DNA of 64,000 bases from Octopus vulgaris (Eukaryota): assembly GCA_951406725.2 (NCBI GenBank), contig OX597816.1, positions 119,412,001-119,476,000 of the forward strand, given 5' to 3'. Under the pieces are notes generated by a model that saw nothing but the letters and a program-made list of their open reading frames with translations, did no database searches and was not told where the DNA came from. The translations under genes and the position numbers were made by a program. Below, piece by piece: positions 37,023 through 54,633 of this stretch. The first letter of the stretch is position 1; each line of letters opens with the position of its first letter.

Positions 37023-39822
37023 CTTTATATATGTAATAAATATCCATAGCAGCCTACAGAGGGGCATAATCTTTCCTAGAGGGGCAGTCGATTAGCTAGA
37101 CGCAACTGGTAATTAATTTATCAACCCCTAAAGGATGAAAGGCAAAGTCGACCTTGGAGGAATTTCAATCTAGAACTTGCTAACGTTTCTGCCAGTTCGC
37201 CGCCTTACAGAGAGAGATAATAAACAGTAAGAGTAAACTTTGATTTTTTATTTCCCACAGAAGGGGACAATACAAGACATGTGGTGACAAGAAACAAAGA
37301 AAAATTACCAAAAATGAAAGAAACGAATGTAAACAAGATGAAATGAAAAATGAAATGAAAGATGTAATGAAGCTTCTCGGCCCCACCTCCGAGCAGCTTC
37401 ATTTATTCCTTTTTAACACTTTTTAAACTTTGTACTAGCCAAAATATCCACCTTGTATTTCTGTAACAGCTCCAAGTATGTTACATACCATGGTAGCTGG
37501 TCAATATCCACATCCAGCTTCCAGCATTTCTATCCCTTTATATATTTCGTTATTATTATTCTTTGCTCTTCAGTTAATATAACGCAGTTATGCCTTCCTT
37601 CAATATTGTCATGCTTTTTTGTGTCTACTCCTATAAATTCTCGCCATGATGATATCTCTTTGTATGATGGCTCCTTGTTCGAACCATCATACATGATTGC
37701 GTAACAGTTTTTTTCTTTTGCCGGAGGAGGGGAGGTTTGAAGGTGTTTGACTGAATGTGCTCTTTTTGTGTCAGAGGGGGTTGGAAGGTTTGGTGTCTCT
37801 AGGGCGGGTGAAGAGGATGTGGGTGGGGGTCTGTGTCCATTTGACAGGTTTTTCTTTTTCTTCTTTTTCTTTTTCCCGTCGTCTCCCATTTATTATCTGT
37901 TTCATTTTCTTTTTCCTCTATTGTTGGTGATACTACCTCTTCCTCTCTCATTGGTTCTTAATAAGAGTAAACTTCCAATACATGATATGAAGGAATTGCG
38001 TGAGATTTTACAGTTTCGTTACTCAGCGAGTCTATTTTGTTGAGTGCAGAGGAAAAGGTCCAAAACAGCAGCAGTCTTTCAGATTAAATATATGGTTTCG
38101 AGTTTATTTTTGAACATCAAAATCCTGAGTTCAAACCACAAGCATCAGACTTGGCCTTGTTTTCTTAACTTTGGATTTAGTTGAAATAAGTATCTTCTGT
38201 AAATCCAAATTTTATCCGCATCGATGGTTTTGAGACCATATTACAAAAACTATAAATACTTAAGTGAAGCTGTCTATAAGCGTTTATGAATGGCCAACTT
38301 GTACCTTCCACGCTGCAATCGTTTCAACTAAGCAGTTTACGTTTTGAATGTATAACTTTGTATCAATGAAATCATAATTTGAATTCATCTTTCAAGTTTC
38401 TGAGTTGCTAATGTTGTTGTTATTTAGTCCCACTTTAACCACCATCATACAGACCTATGCTCAGATGCCCCAATAGTGCACACATCCCGTCTTTTATTCA
38501 AACATAGTGTCATCGAATGGCAGACATATTATCTAATGTCTCTCTCATATCGTCGAACGGCCGATGTAAATCCCTCCGTTGGCTCGACTTGTGATTGAAT
38601 TCTAATCCCCAGTATTCGACTTTGCTTTAAAACCTTTACGGAGTGCGCTAAGATTGAGGTTACTTGTATAAATTCCAGTAATATACTGGAGTAGAGTTAA
38701 TTTATTTTTTATACTTGCTCTTTTCCTAATATTTATCTTACAGTTAGTTAAAAGTAATCTGCAAATGAATTCTTCTTCTGTGGGCCCCTGGTCGAAATAG
38801 AACATGCATCAAAATGTTTATCCTTTCCTCTCACCAGTTTCCATGAAACGGATTAAATCGATTATATCGACCCCAGTGCGTAACTGGTACTTATTTAATC
38901 GACTCCGAAATGATGAAAGGCAAAGTCGACCTCGGCGGAATTTGAACTCAGAACGTAACGGCAGACGAAATGCCGCTAAGCATTTCGCCCAGCGTGCTAA
39001 CGATTCTGCCTCACGCCGCCTTACCCATGAAATCAGTACCATAAATATACAGCTGTTATATTATCACAATGCCAAAGTTTAGCTAGACTCTAAAAAGACT
39101 AACTCTTTGGCATAGTAAACTAATCCCTGAGCTAAGTACTATTGCATAGTTCCTGACGTTCTGAATTCCTTTCAAAGAGGCTGTAACCTCCATCAAAACA
39201 AAATGGGTAAACGTTGAATAGATGTTAACACTTTTAAAAACGGATTTCGACACCCTACTGTACGCAATCGTCGACGAAGCTATATTGCAACTGCAGAAAT
39301 ATATGAAGGTGGAAGCGTCGAATTGCCTCATTCATCAAATACTAAACGCAATGCTGAATGCGGTGCTTTTAGCATGATCATAGTCGAATGGCTTAAACCA
39401 GTAAAAGAGAATACATGCGCACTAACACACATACACACACATATACCCACATACATATGCGTATGTATAATTTAGTGGTATAAATATATACTTAGAAATG
39501 TAAACATCAAAAATCAATATGGTTATATTTTACTCTCTTGGCCAATGTCTCATTTCGTCAGTGAATGAATCATCATCAGAGAAGCTAAGGCTTAATGCAA
39601 GTTTTTACAGCTGTTTCGTATATATTCGGTGTTATGCTTATGAATAAGACCATATATACATAATAAAATATCTTCACAGAAGTGAGAAAAAAAATACAGC
39701 TGATCCTTCATAAGGGATCAGACATATCCAAAGAAGTAACAGGAATTTTGTAAAAATGAGTATTAAATAGGGTACAACTCATGAACCAAATGCCATCTTT
39801 TGTTTGTATTCACAAGATTAAT

Positions 39823-39856
<34 letters not shown>

Positions 39857-40460
39857 GGAATAAATATAATAATTGCACCTCCATTTCTGGATTTATAATC
39901 CGAGACTGTATTATGGTTTTGGAACTTCCTTTTGTTTGAAAGCATTTCCTTTAAGAAAACCTCTCCATTTCTATGCACCCTGTTAGCCAGTATTCACAGG
40001 AGTTCTGACTGAGGTAACCGCTTGATATCCGTGTGAATATATTATAAGTGTAGTTAAGTAAACTAACTAAAAAAAACAAAAGACAAACTATTATTTAAAA
40101 ACTGTTATTATTAAGTTCACGATTATAGAGAAAGCAGATGAGTCTTAATGGAAAACAAAATAAAAAAAGTAAATCGTGAAAAGGGAAATGTAATGGAAAG
40201 AGAATTAAAGCTCGGGGAATGCAACCATATCAGTGTGATCACTTGCAAGTTTGATTACTTTCTCTTCTGTTTGAAGAGGGGAAATTTTCCCGAAATATAG
40301 GTTAATAAAAAAAATTACACGAAAGTTATACGATATTTATTTCTGTATTTAATTTTTTACTGATTGTATTTGCTCTCATATATTGACATCAACTTACATC
40401 TATCTCCCGAATTTCTCACCTGCGTTGCCAAATATATATACCATTTACACACGTTATAAT

Positions 40461-40539
<79 letters not shown>

Positions 40540-40750
40540 TATAATGTATATATATATAATGTATATATATATATATATACATATATAAATATATATATAA
40601 TGTATATATATGTATATATATATGTATATATATATATAATGTATATATATGTATATATATATATATATATATACATGTATATATATATATAAATATACAT
40701 ACATATATATGTATGTATGTTTCTAAGTTCTAGTGTGCTTGTGTGTGTGA

Positions 40751-40956
<206 letters not shown>

Positions 40957-40974
40957 TACATACATATATACACA

Positions 40975-41226
40975 TAACTAACTCGACTCCGTCAGTCACG
41001 AATGACTATGGGTGCACCTAAGAGGTTTCCCTCCGGAGTACAAGTCTTAGCGGAAAGTCGCCTCACCGGGGAACGCACAACCTAGGGTTGTTTTTATGGA
41101 AAACCAGCAGTCGCCCATGCATACCAGCCTCCCCTCTCCACGCCACCAATGTTATCCAAGGGAAAGGCAAAGACCGATACAGCTTCAGACCAACGACGTC
41201 GCAACTTATTTCTACAGCTGAGTGAA
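40975..41226 (+). mobile_element. Interspersed repeat fragment (possibly a LINE 5' end)
   Basis: GC-richer block isolated within microsatellites; family not verifiable from the window alone. Confidence 0.3.
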
Positions 41227-41310
41227 CATATATATGTATTTATTTATGTATGTATTTATTTATGTATGTATGTATATACATATATATGTGTGTATATATA
41301 TACATAGATA

Positions 41311-41374
<64 letters not shown>

Positions 41375-41430
41375 GTATATATGTATATATATACATATAT
41401 ATAAATATATATATATATGTATATATATAC

Positions 41431-41461
<31 letters not shown>

Positions 41462-42035
41462 CATATATATAAATATATATAAATATATATATATATATAT
41501 AAATACATATATACATATGTATATACATATATATACATATATATATACACACACACACATATGTATATTTACATATACATATACCTGTATATAGGCCCAT
41601 CACCAATTTATAAATAGTAGGTAGAGAGCTGCGCATGTGCTTCTTTTATGTGTGTGAGGGAGACAGCATGTGTACGCATTTTGTATGTCATATGCATTTA
41701 TTTATATACATTGGGTCACATATGTGTTCCTGTCTGAATGTGAGAGAGATTAAGGAAGAGAGGGAATGTAAGGCGGTATGAAATATTCACACATGCATAC
41801 CTACGTACTTACTATATATATATATATATACATGCATATATGTATGCGTGTGTGTGTTTGTGTGTATACGTATATACATGTGTGTATATATATTTATATA
41901 TATATGTGTGTTTTTATATTTATGTGCATGCGTATGTGTGTATATATGTATACATGTATATTATTATTTATATAAACGCATATAAGTATGCATATTTATA
42001 TACATATAATACACAAACACATGTGTGTATGTATG

Positions 42036-42084
<49 letters not shown>

Positions 42085-42242
42085 ATGTGTGTGTGTGTGT
42101 GTGAATGTTCGTATGTGTGTGTATGAATGCATATATATATATATGTGTATATGCACACACACATATATATATGTATATATGTATATATATATATATACAT
42201 ATATATATAGAGAGAGAGATAGATAGATAGATCGATCGATCT

Positions 42243-42334
<92 letters not shown>

Positions 42335-42449
42335 ATAGAAATACATATACATAACTATGTGTAAGTGCATACAGAAATTCATTTACGCATAAGATATATA
42401 TAACTATCGCACTATCTATCTATATACACACACACACATATATATAAAT

Positions 42450-42489
<40 letters not shown>

Positions 42490-42757
42490 GTAGCTGCCTG
42501 TCACACATACGTACCTTTCACACATACATACATATTTTCATAATTATACATATATTTTTTAAAAAATTGTGACTCTAATTGTATAATACAATTAATTAAG
42601 ATAAAATTAATTAAATAGACAATTCTCAACTGTATAACACCGTGGTTAATACATAATTTTTTTTGTAATTCTCTATTAATTTAATAAAAAAGAACTGAAG
42701 TCTTTTCAACTTTATTTTGTAGGCGGCGAATAACCATTACAAAACATTTATTATTTG

Positions 42758-43190
42758 TAGTGGCTGGGCGATAAGAAACTTGCTCCCCAACCAAGATGAT
42801 CTGGGTTCAATGCCATTGCGTGCTACCTTGGGCGAGTGTCTTATACTATAACCTTGGGGCGACCAAAGCTTCAAAATTGGATTTATTAGAAGGAAACTGA
42901 AAGAAGCCCGTCGTATGTGTGTTTGTTTGTTTGTTTGTTTGCGTGTGTGTGTGTACGTGCGCGAGTGTATATGAGTGAGTGTTTGTGTGAATTCGTGTGT
43001 GTCGTGTGTGTTTGTCTTTATGACTGAGTTTGTCACCGCATTGCCGCTTCACAACTGGTGTTGGTGTGTTTACGGCCCCGTAATTTAAAGGTTCTACAAA
43101 AGAGGCTGATAGAATAAGTACTAGGCTGTAAAAAAAAATAGGCCCTGGGCACCATTTGTTCGACTAAAACACTTCATGGCGGTGCCACAT
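42758..43190 (+). mobile_element. tRNA-derived SINE (family A)
   Basis: Homologous to 12670-13065. Confidence 0.75.
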
Positions 43191-43320
43191 GCACAAAATT
43201 TACAATCTAAGAATTTAAAACTTTCCAAAACTTTTTTTGCGCTCCAAGTTATAAAATTTGCATATATAGAACTTCAATTGAGCAATTTACAAAAGGACAA
43301 GGGTACCTGTATGTGTCTGA

Positions 43321-43382
<62 letters not shown>

Positions 43383-43926
43383 GTAAGAGTGCACGAATGT
43401 GTGTGTGTGTGTGTGTATACGTGTATATATATATATATATAATTTAAAAATAGGATAAACTCTTTGTAAGTATTTATCAAGTAGTTAGCGTGGAAAACCT
43501 CATAAGGGAAAAATCCATCAATATTTCCTCTTAAATATATTTATTTATATTGAGGGCATTACAATACATAAATGCCACACTCTAGGAGGGACTCTTAAAG
43601 TCAAAACTTTATATATATATATATATATATAAATTTATATATATTATGTTTGTGTGTATGTATACATGTATGTGTGTATATATATATATATAAACATTTA
43701 TATGTAAAATAAAAATTTGTGTTATGTGTATATACATATATAACATATGAATATATACATATATATATATGTTTAGTGCACACACACACACACGAACCTA
43801 CACACACATGCACCCGCACACATACACACACAGACATATATACATGTATGGAGGGAATGTATGTCTGTGTGCAGATTTATATTCGTGTGTACATTCATAT
43901 ACGTACACATATATATTATAGGTGCA

Positions 43927-44080
43927 ACAGTGGCTGTATGGTAAGAAGCTTTCTTCCCAACCACATGGTTCCAGGTTCAGTCCCACTGCGTGACACCTTC
44001 CGCGACCGGGTTCAACTATAGCCTCAGGCCAAACAAAGCCTTCTTAATGGATTTGGTAGACGGAAATTGAATGAAGCCCG

Positions 44081-44117
<37 letters not shown>

Positions 44118-44328
44118 TCTATGTTTTCACAACCACCATCGCTTGACAATCGATGTAGATGCGTTTACGTTGCTGTGAACTAGCAGTTCGGCGAAAGAGA
44201 CTGATACAATAAGTACTAGGCTTACAAAGGATACATCCTGGGGTCGATTTGTTTGACTAAAAACACTATAACGCGGTGTTCCAGCATGGCCGCAGAAATG
44301 ACTGAAGCAAATAAAAGAATAAAAGAAA
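43927..44328 (+). mobile_element. tRNA-derived SINE (family A)
   Basis: gtggctgtatggtaagaagctt...ggttcagtccc...ggatttggtagacggaaa...ccagcatggccgcag..atgactgaa. Confidence 0.78.
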
Positions 44329-44372
44329 TATACATATAAATGTATATGCATATATATGGATAAGTGTGTATA

Positions 44373-44461
<89 letters not shown>

Positions 44462-44560
44462 ATATATATATATATGTATATATTTATATATGTATATATA
44501 TATATATGTATATATATGTATATATATATATATTTATGTATATAAATATATATGTATACA

Positions 44561-44611
<51 letters not shown>

Positions 44612-45494
44612 TCATACATACATATAAACACAGATATATACATGTACAGATACATACAATCATATATATATATATATATATATATACGTATACCTGTATA
44701 TATGCATATATATGTATATATACATATATACATGTATATATGCATACATATTTATATATCGATATATATATATATACGTACGTGTATATACATATAAACA
44801 CACATAAATGTATATATATATATATCTATATCTATATCTGTATCTATATCTTTATGCTTATGATACTGGCGGTGCTCCGGCATGGCCACAGTCTTTAAAA
44901 GAATAAAATTAGGTGTGTGCGTGAGTGTGTACACACAAACACACAGGGATATATATTTCAGTGACAGTGTACGTGTGTGTGTTTCTGTGTGTGTATGTGT
45001 GTGAGTGTGTGTGTGTGTGTATGTGTGTGCGAGCATGCGAGTGCCTTTGTGATTCCATCTGTTGGTGTGTGTACATTTCTTGACAATGTGTGTATTAACA
45101 CACACACAAAACACACACACACACACACACACATATAGAGGCATAGACACACACATCGTAAGAGTGAGTTCGGGGGTTAGACAGTAAAACTGAAAATTGG
45201 ATGCAGACATACTTTATTTTCCCCCCATCGTTATAATTAAGGCATGTATGTATGTATGTATGTATGTATGTATATGTGTGTGAGTTTATATATATTTGTG
45301 TGTTTGTGTGCATGGATGTTTGTGTATTCATGTACGTATATATGTCATATACGTATATATATATATATACATGTATGTTCATATGCTTATAGAGAGATAT
45401 ACATATATACACATATGCATCTATATATACTTGCATATATTTAGATGCGTGTTTGTGTTTAATATATATATTGAGAGAGATGGATAGATTGATA

Positions 45495-45703
<209 letters not shown>

Positions 45704-45704
45704 C

Positions 45705-45780
<76 letters not shown>

Positions 45781-45925
45781 GAGACGCATACAAACATATG
45801 TACATACATAATACACGTATACATGCACATGTATATACTTGTCAACATACATACATTGATACATTCATGTAGACATACGTGCGTACATACACTCATACAT
45901 ACATGCATATATACATACATACTTA

Positions 45926-45975
<50 letters not shown>

Positions 45976-46350
45976 CATACATGCATGCATGTGTGTGTGT
46001 GTGTGTGTGTGTGTGTCTTGGTGATTCTATTACAGAGCTAATACTGTGCATATTATACAACATATATAGACGCACAAGATTGCATTAATACACGCAATAT
46101 ACTCACATATACATTCATATATACTAGTTTAAATGTATGTATGCTTATGTGTGTGTGAGTGTGTGTACTTGAGCATATGTATGTGTGTGTTTGTGGGGAT
46201 TAGTTAAAATGTGCATGAACTACACATAAGTGAAACGGGGAACTTAGGTTTAAGGAATAAATATATGTACTTTAAATGCGATTTTCCAATATAAGCACAT
46301 GAATATTGACACACATGCATGCACAGTTAACAAGCACATATCCACTTACA

Positions 46351-46403
<53 letters not shown>

Positions 46404-46489
46404 ATACATGTATATGTATATATATATATATACACACACATATATATTTATTTATATTTATATATATATATGTATAAATATAAATAAAC

Positions 46490-46563
<74 letters not shown>

Positions 46564-46596
46564 GTATGTAGGTGTGTATATATGTATGTATATACA

Positions 46597-46745
46597 ACAG
46601 GCTTCTTTTAGTTTTCGTCTAAGAAATCCATAACGAAGGCATTAGTCGGCCAGAGGCTGCAGTAAAACGAATTTGCCCAAAGAGCAGCGTAGTGGGATTG
46701 AACCTGGAACTATGTTGAGGGGAAGCAAACTTCTCACCACAAACC
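46597..46745 (-). mobile_element. SINE family A 5' half
   Basis: Reverse complement of the family A head and core. Confidence 0.6.
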
Positions 46746-46874
46746 CACACATACATATACAAATATATATTACGTATATACATACATACATTCATGCACA
46801 CATACATATACATTTACATGTGTGTGTGTGTGTGAGTGTGTGTGTGTATGTGTGTGGGTTTGTGTCTGTGTGTG

Positions 46875-47240
46875 GAGGCACAATGGCTCAGTTTTTAGGG
46901 TAGCGAACACGCGGTCGTAAGATCGCGGTTTCGATTCCCAGACCGGGCGTTGTGAGTGTTTATTGAGCGAAAGCACCTAAAGCTCCACGGGGCTCCGGCA
47001 GGGGTGGTGCGAACCCTGCTGTACTCTTTCACCACAACCTTCTCTCACTCTTCTTTCCTGTTTTTGTTGTAACTGTATTTCAAAGAGCCAGCCTCTGTGT
47101 CACGCTGAATCTCCCCGAGAACTACGTTAAGGGTATACGTGTCTGTGGAGTGCTCAGCCACCTGCACGTTAATTTCACGAGCAGGTTGTTCCGTTGACCG
47201 AATCAACTGGAACCCTTGACGCCGTAACCAACAGAGCGCT
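46875..47240 (+). mobile_element. tRNA-derived SINE
   Basis: A-box ATGGCTCAGT, B-box GGTTTCGATTCC. The head is shared with 26690-26845(-) and the tail with 36870-37020. Confidence 0.8.
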
Positions 47241-47378
47241 ACGAATATATATGTATATATATATACATTCACACATGCAAACGCATACATACACATATGC
47301 ATATATACATATATTTATATACGTATGTATATATGGATAGATATATTTGCATAAATACATACATACATGTATTCAGGC

Positions 47379-47424
<46 letters not shown>

Positions 47425-47452
47425 CGTATAATATATCATATAAATATGTGTG

Positions 47453-47540
<88 letters not shown>

Positions 47541-47700
47541 GCATATGATATATCATATAAATATGTGTGTACATATATATATATACACTCATACATACTG
47601 TATACGTTTATATATAATGTATATACGTACATGTGTACACACACACACACACGCATACACACACACATGCACACACACACGCACATACACACAAATACAA

Positions 47701-47835
<135 letters not shown>

Positions 47836-48246
47836 GGACGAAAAAGAAAATGTTTGCAAAGATTGAATACATTCGTAAAACTAATTTCAAAGAAACATTT
47901 TGATTAAGTTTAGATTTGAACTTTGTATGCACCGAGGATATGTTTTTAAATAGGAGACGCTAAATATGAAGAGATATTTTAAGCCTTATTAATAAACATA
48001 TTCGAAAACTTATACACTGGAAAATTTTGAAATCTAATTAGGCATTGACAATATGCAGGGGAGGAAAAGAAAATAACTGTTTTTGTATAGTTTGCATCTA
48101 TAAATTAAAAATATGCACATATTAAAAGATGCTTCTGTGCAAATATATAAATGTATACTATATTATATTCTTTTATATTGTGTGTATGCATGTGTATATA
48201 CATACACACACACACACACACATACACATATATATCTATATGTGTC

Positions 48247-48307
<61 letters not shown>

Positions 48308-48408
48308 TCGTGTGTGTCTGTACATATACATTTTATGGATGTATATACATATAAATATAGTATAAATTATATCTATATATATATTGATATATTACACACA
48401 TATATACA

Positions 48409-48453
<45 letters not shown>

Positions 48454-48707
48454 TATCTATATATACAACTTCATTAAACGTATTTATATATAAAATACAT
48501 AAGTTGAAATATTTCAAACATTTATATTCATGCACAGACACATACAACTAAGCATACACATACATGAGTATGAAAGTGATTGACTATATGTTTGTGTGTG
48601 TCTCTGGATGTGTATAATCTATTCATTAATATATCTCTCTCTCTCTCTATACATATATATATATATATATATGTGTATATATATATATGTGTGTGTGTGT
48701 GTATACA

Positions 48708-48738
<31 letters not shown>

Positions 48739-49294
48739 TTGTACTTATATAAATACAGATTTGTGTATAAATATATATACATATATACAGGGAAATATGA
48801 ACACGTATAGGAATATATCTATATATATACGTATACACATATTCATATATGTATGTATATATTTATAAATATATAATAGATAGATGGATAGCTAGATAGA
48901 TAGAGAGATAGAGAGAAAGAGAGAGAGAGTATATGAAAATACAGTTGGATGTTACATCTTTTTAATGCTATATTTAACAGATGCACGTAGATAAAAACAC
49001 ATATATAGCGTTATGTATGAGTATATTCTTGAAGGAAAATATTTTATCATTTGTAATAGATTTGTATTAAATTCCAGCATTGAACGCGGCATTGCCATAA
49101 ATAGGATATTTGATTTATTCATAATAATTTTTAATAAATTAACTTTGTATATATTCATACAGACACACACACACACATACACACGTGCAAACTACACGTA
49201 CACTACATTATGCGTCTTCATATCGTATTTATATATACATATATATATATGTATATACATAACATATGTATTCATACATATATATGTATACATA

Positions 49295-49380
<86 letters not shown>

Positions 49381-50632
49381 TGTGTGTTCTTACATATGTA
49401 TAATAAATTCATTATGAATAAATATATGTGGTTCCTTTAAATACTTTCTATTATTGATATACGTGTTTGCCCACGTGCATCCATATATGCATTTTTATAA
49501 GTATTTCTTCGTGTCATTGCGGTGCATCTATATAGTATATACAAACCTTAATATCTGCATATATATTCGTAAATATAGAACTATCTACATATACATAAAT
49601 ATTAATATATTCTGTTAAAGATATTTAATCGAATTCTGAAATATTTTGTTTAAATTAAACTCGAATATTTACGAGCTCCATTCTCGTTAGAATAAACTCC
49701 AACAGCCTCAGTTTAGTTAAAGTATAAAGTTATTCTGTCCAGACATTGTAAAACTTAGAATGATGATTCAATTTTGTTCAATACGACACGGATTTTTTGC
49801 TTTCGTATTTTTTAACAGTAAACAACTGAAATTCATTGTTCATTTCTTTATACAGCACAGGAAAGCAACGAACTGGCAGAATCGGTAGCAGCCCGGCATT
49901 TCTTCCGGTTTACATACTATGTTCAAATTCTACCGAACTGACTTTGCCTTTCATCTTGTCGGAATCTATGAAATAACTGGTGCTGATGTAATCGACTTGC
50001 CCCCCTCCCCAAAGTTTCAGGTTTTGTGCCTATAACAGACAGATTTATTCAGCACACGATTTATTATTTTTTGTTGGTCGAACTGGCAAAGTTGTTAGCG
50101 TATCGAACAGACAAGATGTCTTATGTTATATTTGGTTGATTTCCTCATTGACATCGTTATTGATTCTGATCTTTCTAGGATCGATGAAATAATTACCAGT
50201 TATTTCATCAGGATTGATCCAACTGTCTAACGGTTTCTCCTCGAAATAAGTGACATAGTTGTATTTTTTTAAAACCCATATTAACTTAGACAGAGCAAGC
50301 CTACGATACGAAATTGCCTCAGCCATGTCAAGAAGCATCTTTCTGTGTATCATTTGTATGTGTTGTACTACTGCAGATAGAGTTGTGATGGTAAGATAAT
50401 CACTTCATAACTACTTACTTTCAATTGCATTCGCACTGTACAGAATCTTGAGTAATTCAATTACCCTCGAGTTGATTAATACCATGCAAGTGCAATTTGT
50501 AGACAAGAATTGTGCAGAAGCCCATCACACACACACAAATACATAAACATGTGTGTATACATGTATATCTACATGCATATATCATATGCATGCATACATA
50601 CAAATATACACGCACACATGTAGTTATACATG

Positions 50633-50693
<61 letters not shown>

Positions 50694-50900
50694 TGTATGT
50701 ATGTATGTATGTTCAAAGCAACGATTAGTAACATACGAAACCGGTATGCTTGAATCTCTTTAAAAATTCACAATAATGACTTTTATTACTTTTATTCCTA
50801 CCTCAGTTCATCTAATTCTATATATCTTTCGTTACTTTTCATAAAAAGCCGGGTTTTTTAATTTCCAATGTGCATTTTCGTTTATTTTACTTACTTTCCT

Positions 50901-50985
<85 letters not shown>

Positions 50986-51202
50986 AAGAGATTTCAAATT
51001 TGGTACACGGCCAGAAGTTTTAGGGGAGGGTTTCAATCGATTACATCGATCCCAGTACTAAACTGACACTTGTTTTATCGATCCCGAAAGAACTAAAGGC
51101 AAAGTCAACCTACGCGGAATTTGAACTTAGCACGTAAAGACAGCTGAAATGCCGCTAAGCATTGTACCCGGTGTGCTAATGTTTCTGCCAGCACGCCATA
51201 TT

Positions 51203-51248
<46 letters not shown>

Positions 51249-51845
51249 TAGTTTTAGAGACAGAACCACCCTCAACTCAATCAACATTGAAAGATATTAT
51301 ACCTGACCGATCCATAAAATATTAGATATGATACTTACTATATCTATTCAGAATCTTATACTTTTCATTTTAAAGACAACACGTGTTCCATGACAGTATG
51401 CCGGTATTGTTGAGATATAAGTTCTCTAGTTTCAATACTCGATTAGATCGACGTACTCCCAATCTTCAGGTCTGGATTCTACACATTTATTACTCTATCT
51501 ACATCCTATATAACTCTATGATAATCGAAATTATTTAAGTAAAAATCGTTAACGTAATTTTACTTTATAAATTAATGAATAAAAATAAAAATAAAAATAA
51601 TGAATGAACCTTAAAAATTTAAGAATAAAAGAGGATAAAAAATACGAATAAAAATACGGAATAAAAATAAAAATAATGAACCAAACTACAGCCGGCTATT
51701 ACCAGTAAAGGTTTTAGTTGCCAATTTTGTACAAGACATTGTAGATCTTTAGTTGGGCTAAAAAGTCACATTCGATCACAGCACCAGTAACAGTTAAGCT
51801 TCGTGCAATGGCCATACACGATAACGAGGGGGCAGTCATAATAAT

Positions 51846-51888
<43 letters not shown>

Positions 51889-52296
51889 CTGCTATGGCCT
51901 GCTCGCTTATCCAACGGGGTGGCGTCATTCGAAGGCTAAAACAATGTGAACGCATTGTGACCAGCGATGTGTAACTACATCTGATGGACTGGTCGGTTAC
52001 GTGATCACGTGATCACATATATATACACACACACACACATATATATATATATGGAAATAGAACTATAAATAGGGCTTCTCAGCCCAATATATACATGCTA
52101 TTTATAGCTTCATGTGTGCTTCGACCTTCATTCCAAAAGCGTAATATTTCACGTTCTCTACAAAGTTTATAAATTGTTATGACGTCAAAAATACATAAAC
52201 ATATATACATATATAAAATTAAATATTAATTATAATTGACGGTTGCACAAATAATAATATCTTTATTTATTGATATATATATATATATATATATAT

Positions 52297-52493
<197 letters not shown>

Positions 52494-52544
52494 TATTAAT
52501 TATAACTGAGGGCATACGAATAATATTAATAATAATATCTTTAT

Positions 52545-52600
<56 letters not shown>

Positions 52601-52734
52601 GTATGTATGTATATATATGTATATATACAAACACACACACATGCACGAATATACATACGTTGAAAAATAAATGGAAGTGAGAAATAAGGAAAGCTTCTAA
52701 GGCAGAAAGTTTAAGTAAACATACATACATTCAT

Positions 52735-52848
<114 letters not shown>

Positions 52849-53413
52849 TATATAGCCTGAGAGAGATGTACATGTGTGTGTGTGTGCGTGCGCGCGGGGA
52901 TAGGTGAGCACGCGCTCATGTGAATCCGTATATGCGTTTATGTCGTTGATACAAGACCAGCATTTAATCGAAGTGGTAACTTAGCTAATCGACAGAACAT
53001 TGAACGGTATATAATTCATCAGACTGGAATATGTACTTGTTCGTTTATGATCGCCGAAATAACACTCAAGGGCAGCGCCCTTAGTATGGCTGTAATGACT
53101 CAAACCAGCACCCGGTTAGTAGGATTTAGAACTGTATAGAGCCATGTGACTTTTCTTTTTAAGTCGATGAGTGTGATCTGAAGAAGACTTCGCTGCTGCT
53201 TCTAATAGGTTGTGAGACCACAAACAGTGTTCTTCGTTGACACGTCATAGGGTGGTACATCGTAGATTCCGATTTAGTCCATGAGAGATGACCTATTTGA
53301 TGAGAGCCAACAAGTTAACTGTAACATTAGATTTGAAAGCAGTTTAGACAGAATTATAGTTTCAATAACGAGAAGCCACTTGACTAATCTCTCCCTCTCC
53401 CACGCTAGGAACT

Positions 53414-53497
<84 letters not shown>

Positions 53498-53574
53498 TTA
53501 TCTATCTACTTGTCTACATCTCTATCTATTAAACAAATAAATTGATTGATAAAAGGATGGGTTTATAAATAATT

Positions 53575-54015
<441 letters not shown>

Positions 54016-54124
54016 AGTATCACTCTAATTATGTATACATTTTGGTAGCTAAATAGCTTGATAAGTACCTAGTTAGCTTGCTCTGTAAATATCTATCTAG
54101 GTAAATAGCAGGCTCTATAACTTC

Positions 54125-54203
<79 letters not shown>

Positions 54204-54633
54204 AGTTACTGATTATTGCTGATATCTAGTGGTATATCCAGCTCTAAACTTGCATCATTCTGTCAATTCTACTCGGTATCTATTTATTTAACTTTACCTT
54301 TATAATGATCTCTCTCTATATGACAATAAAGTCATTTACAGTACTGTAAGCTAATTTTATGGCTTTCTTTACATGAGAAAAACTGGTCGTATCAAAGAAT
54401 CTTTACTGAATGTCCGATTTAACAACACCGGCTCACTCAGACCTGTAGTCATCCCCGTTAATTTTCCGCATCTTAAGGGAAGATTATACAACATTATGGT
54501 GTTGTGTCTCGGCGTCGTTGAGAACAACACGTGATCTTCTACCTTAGAACCAGCTCTTGCAGTTGTTATCAATAACTAATTTACATTCTGTTAAAATGCA
54601 GCTTCTTCCACGCACACATCGTAATCCACCAAC

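Noticed and set aside
37530-37889. 119-aa Lys/Pro-rich ORF
   Set aside because: Low complexity with no recognisable motif; probably a decayed repeat.
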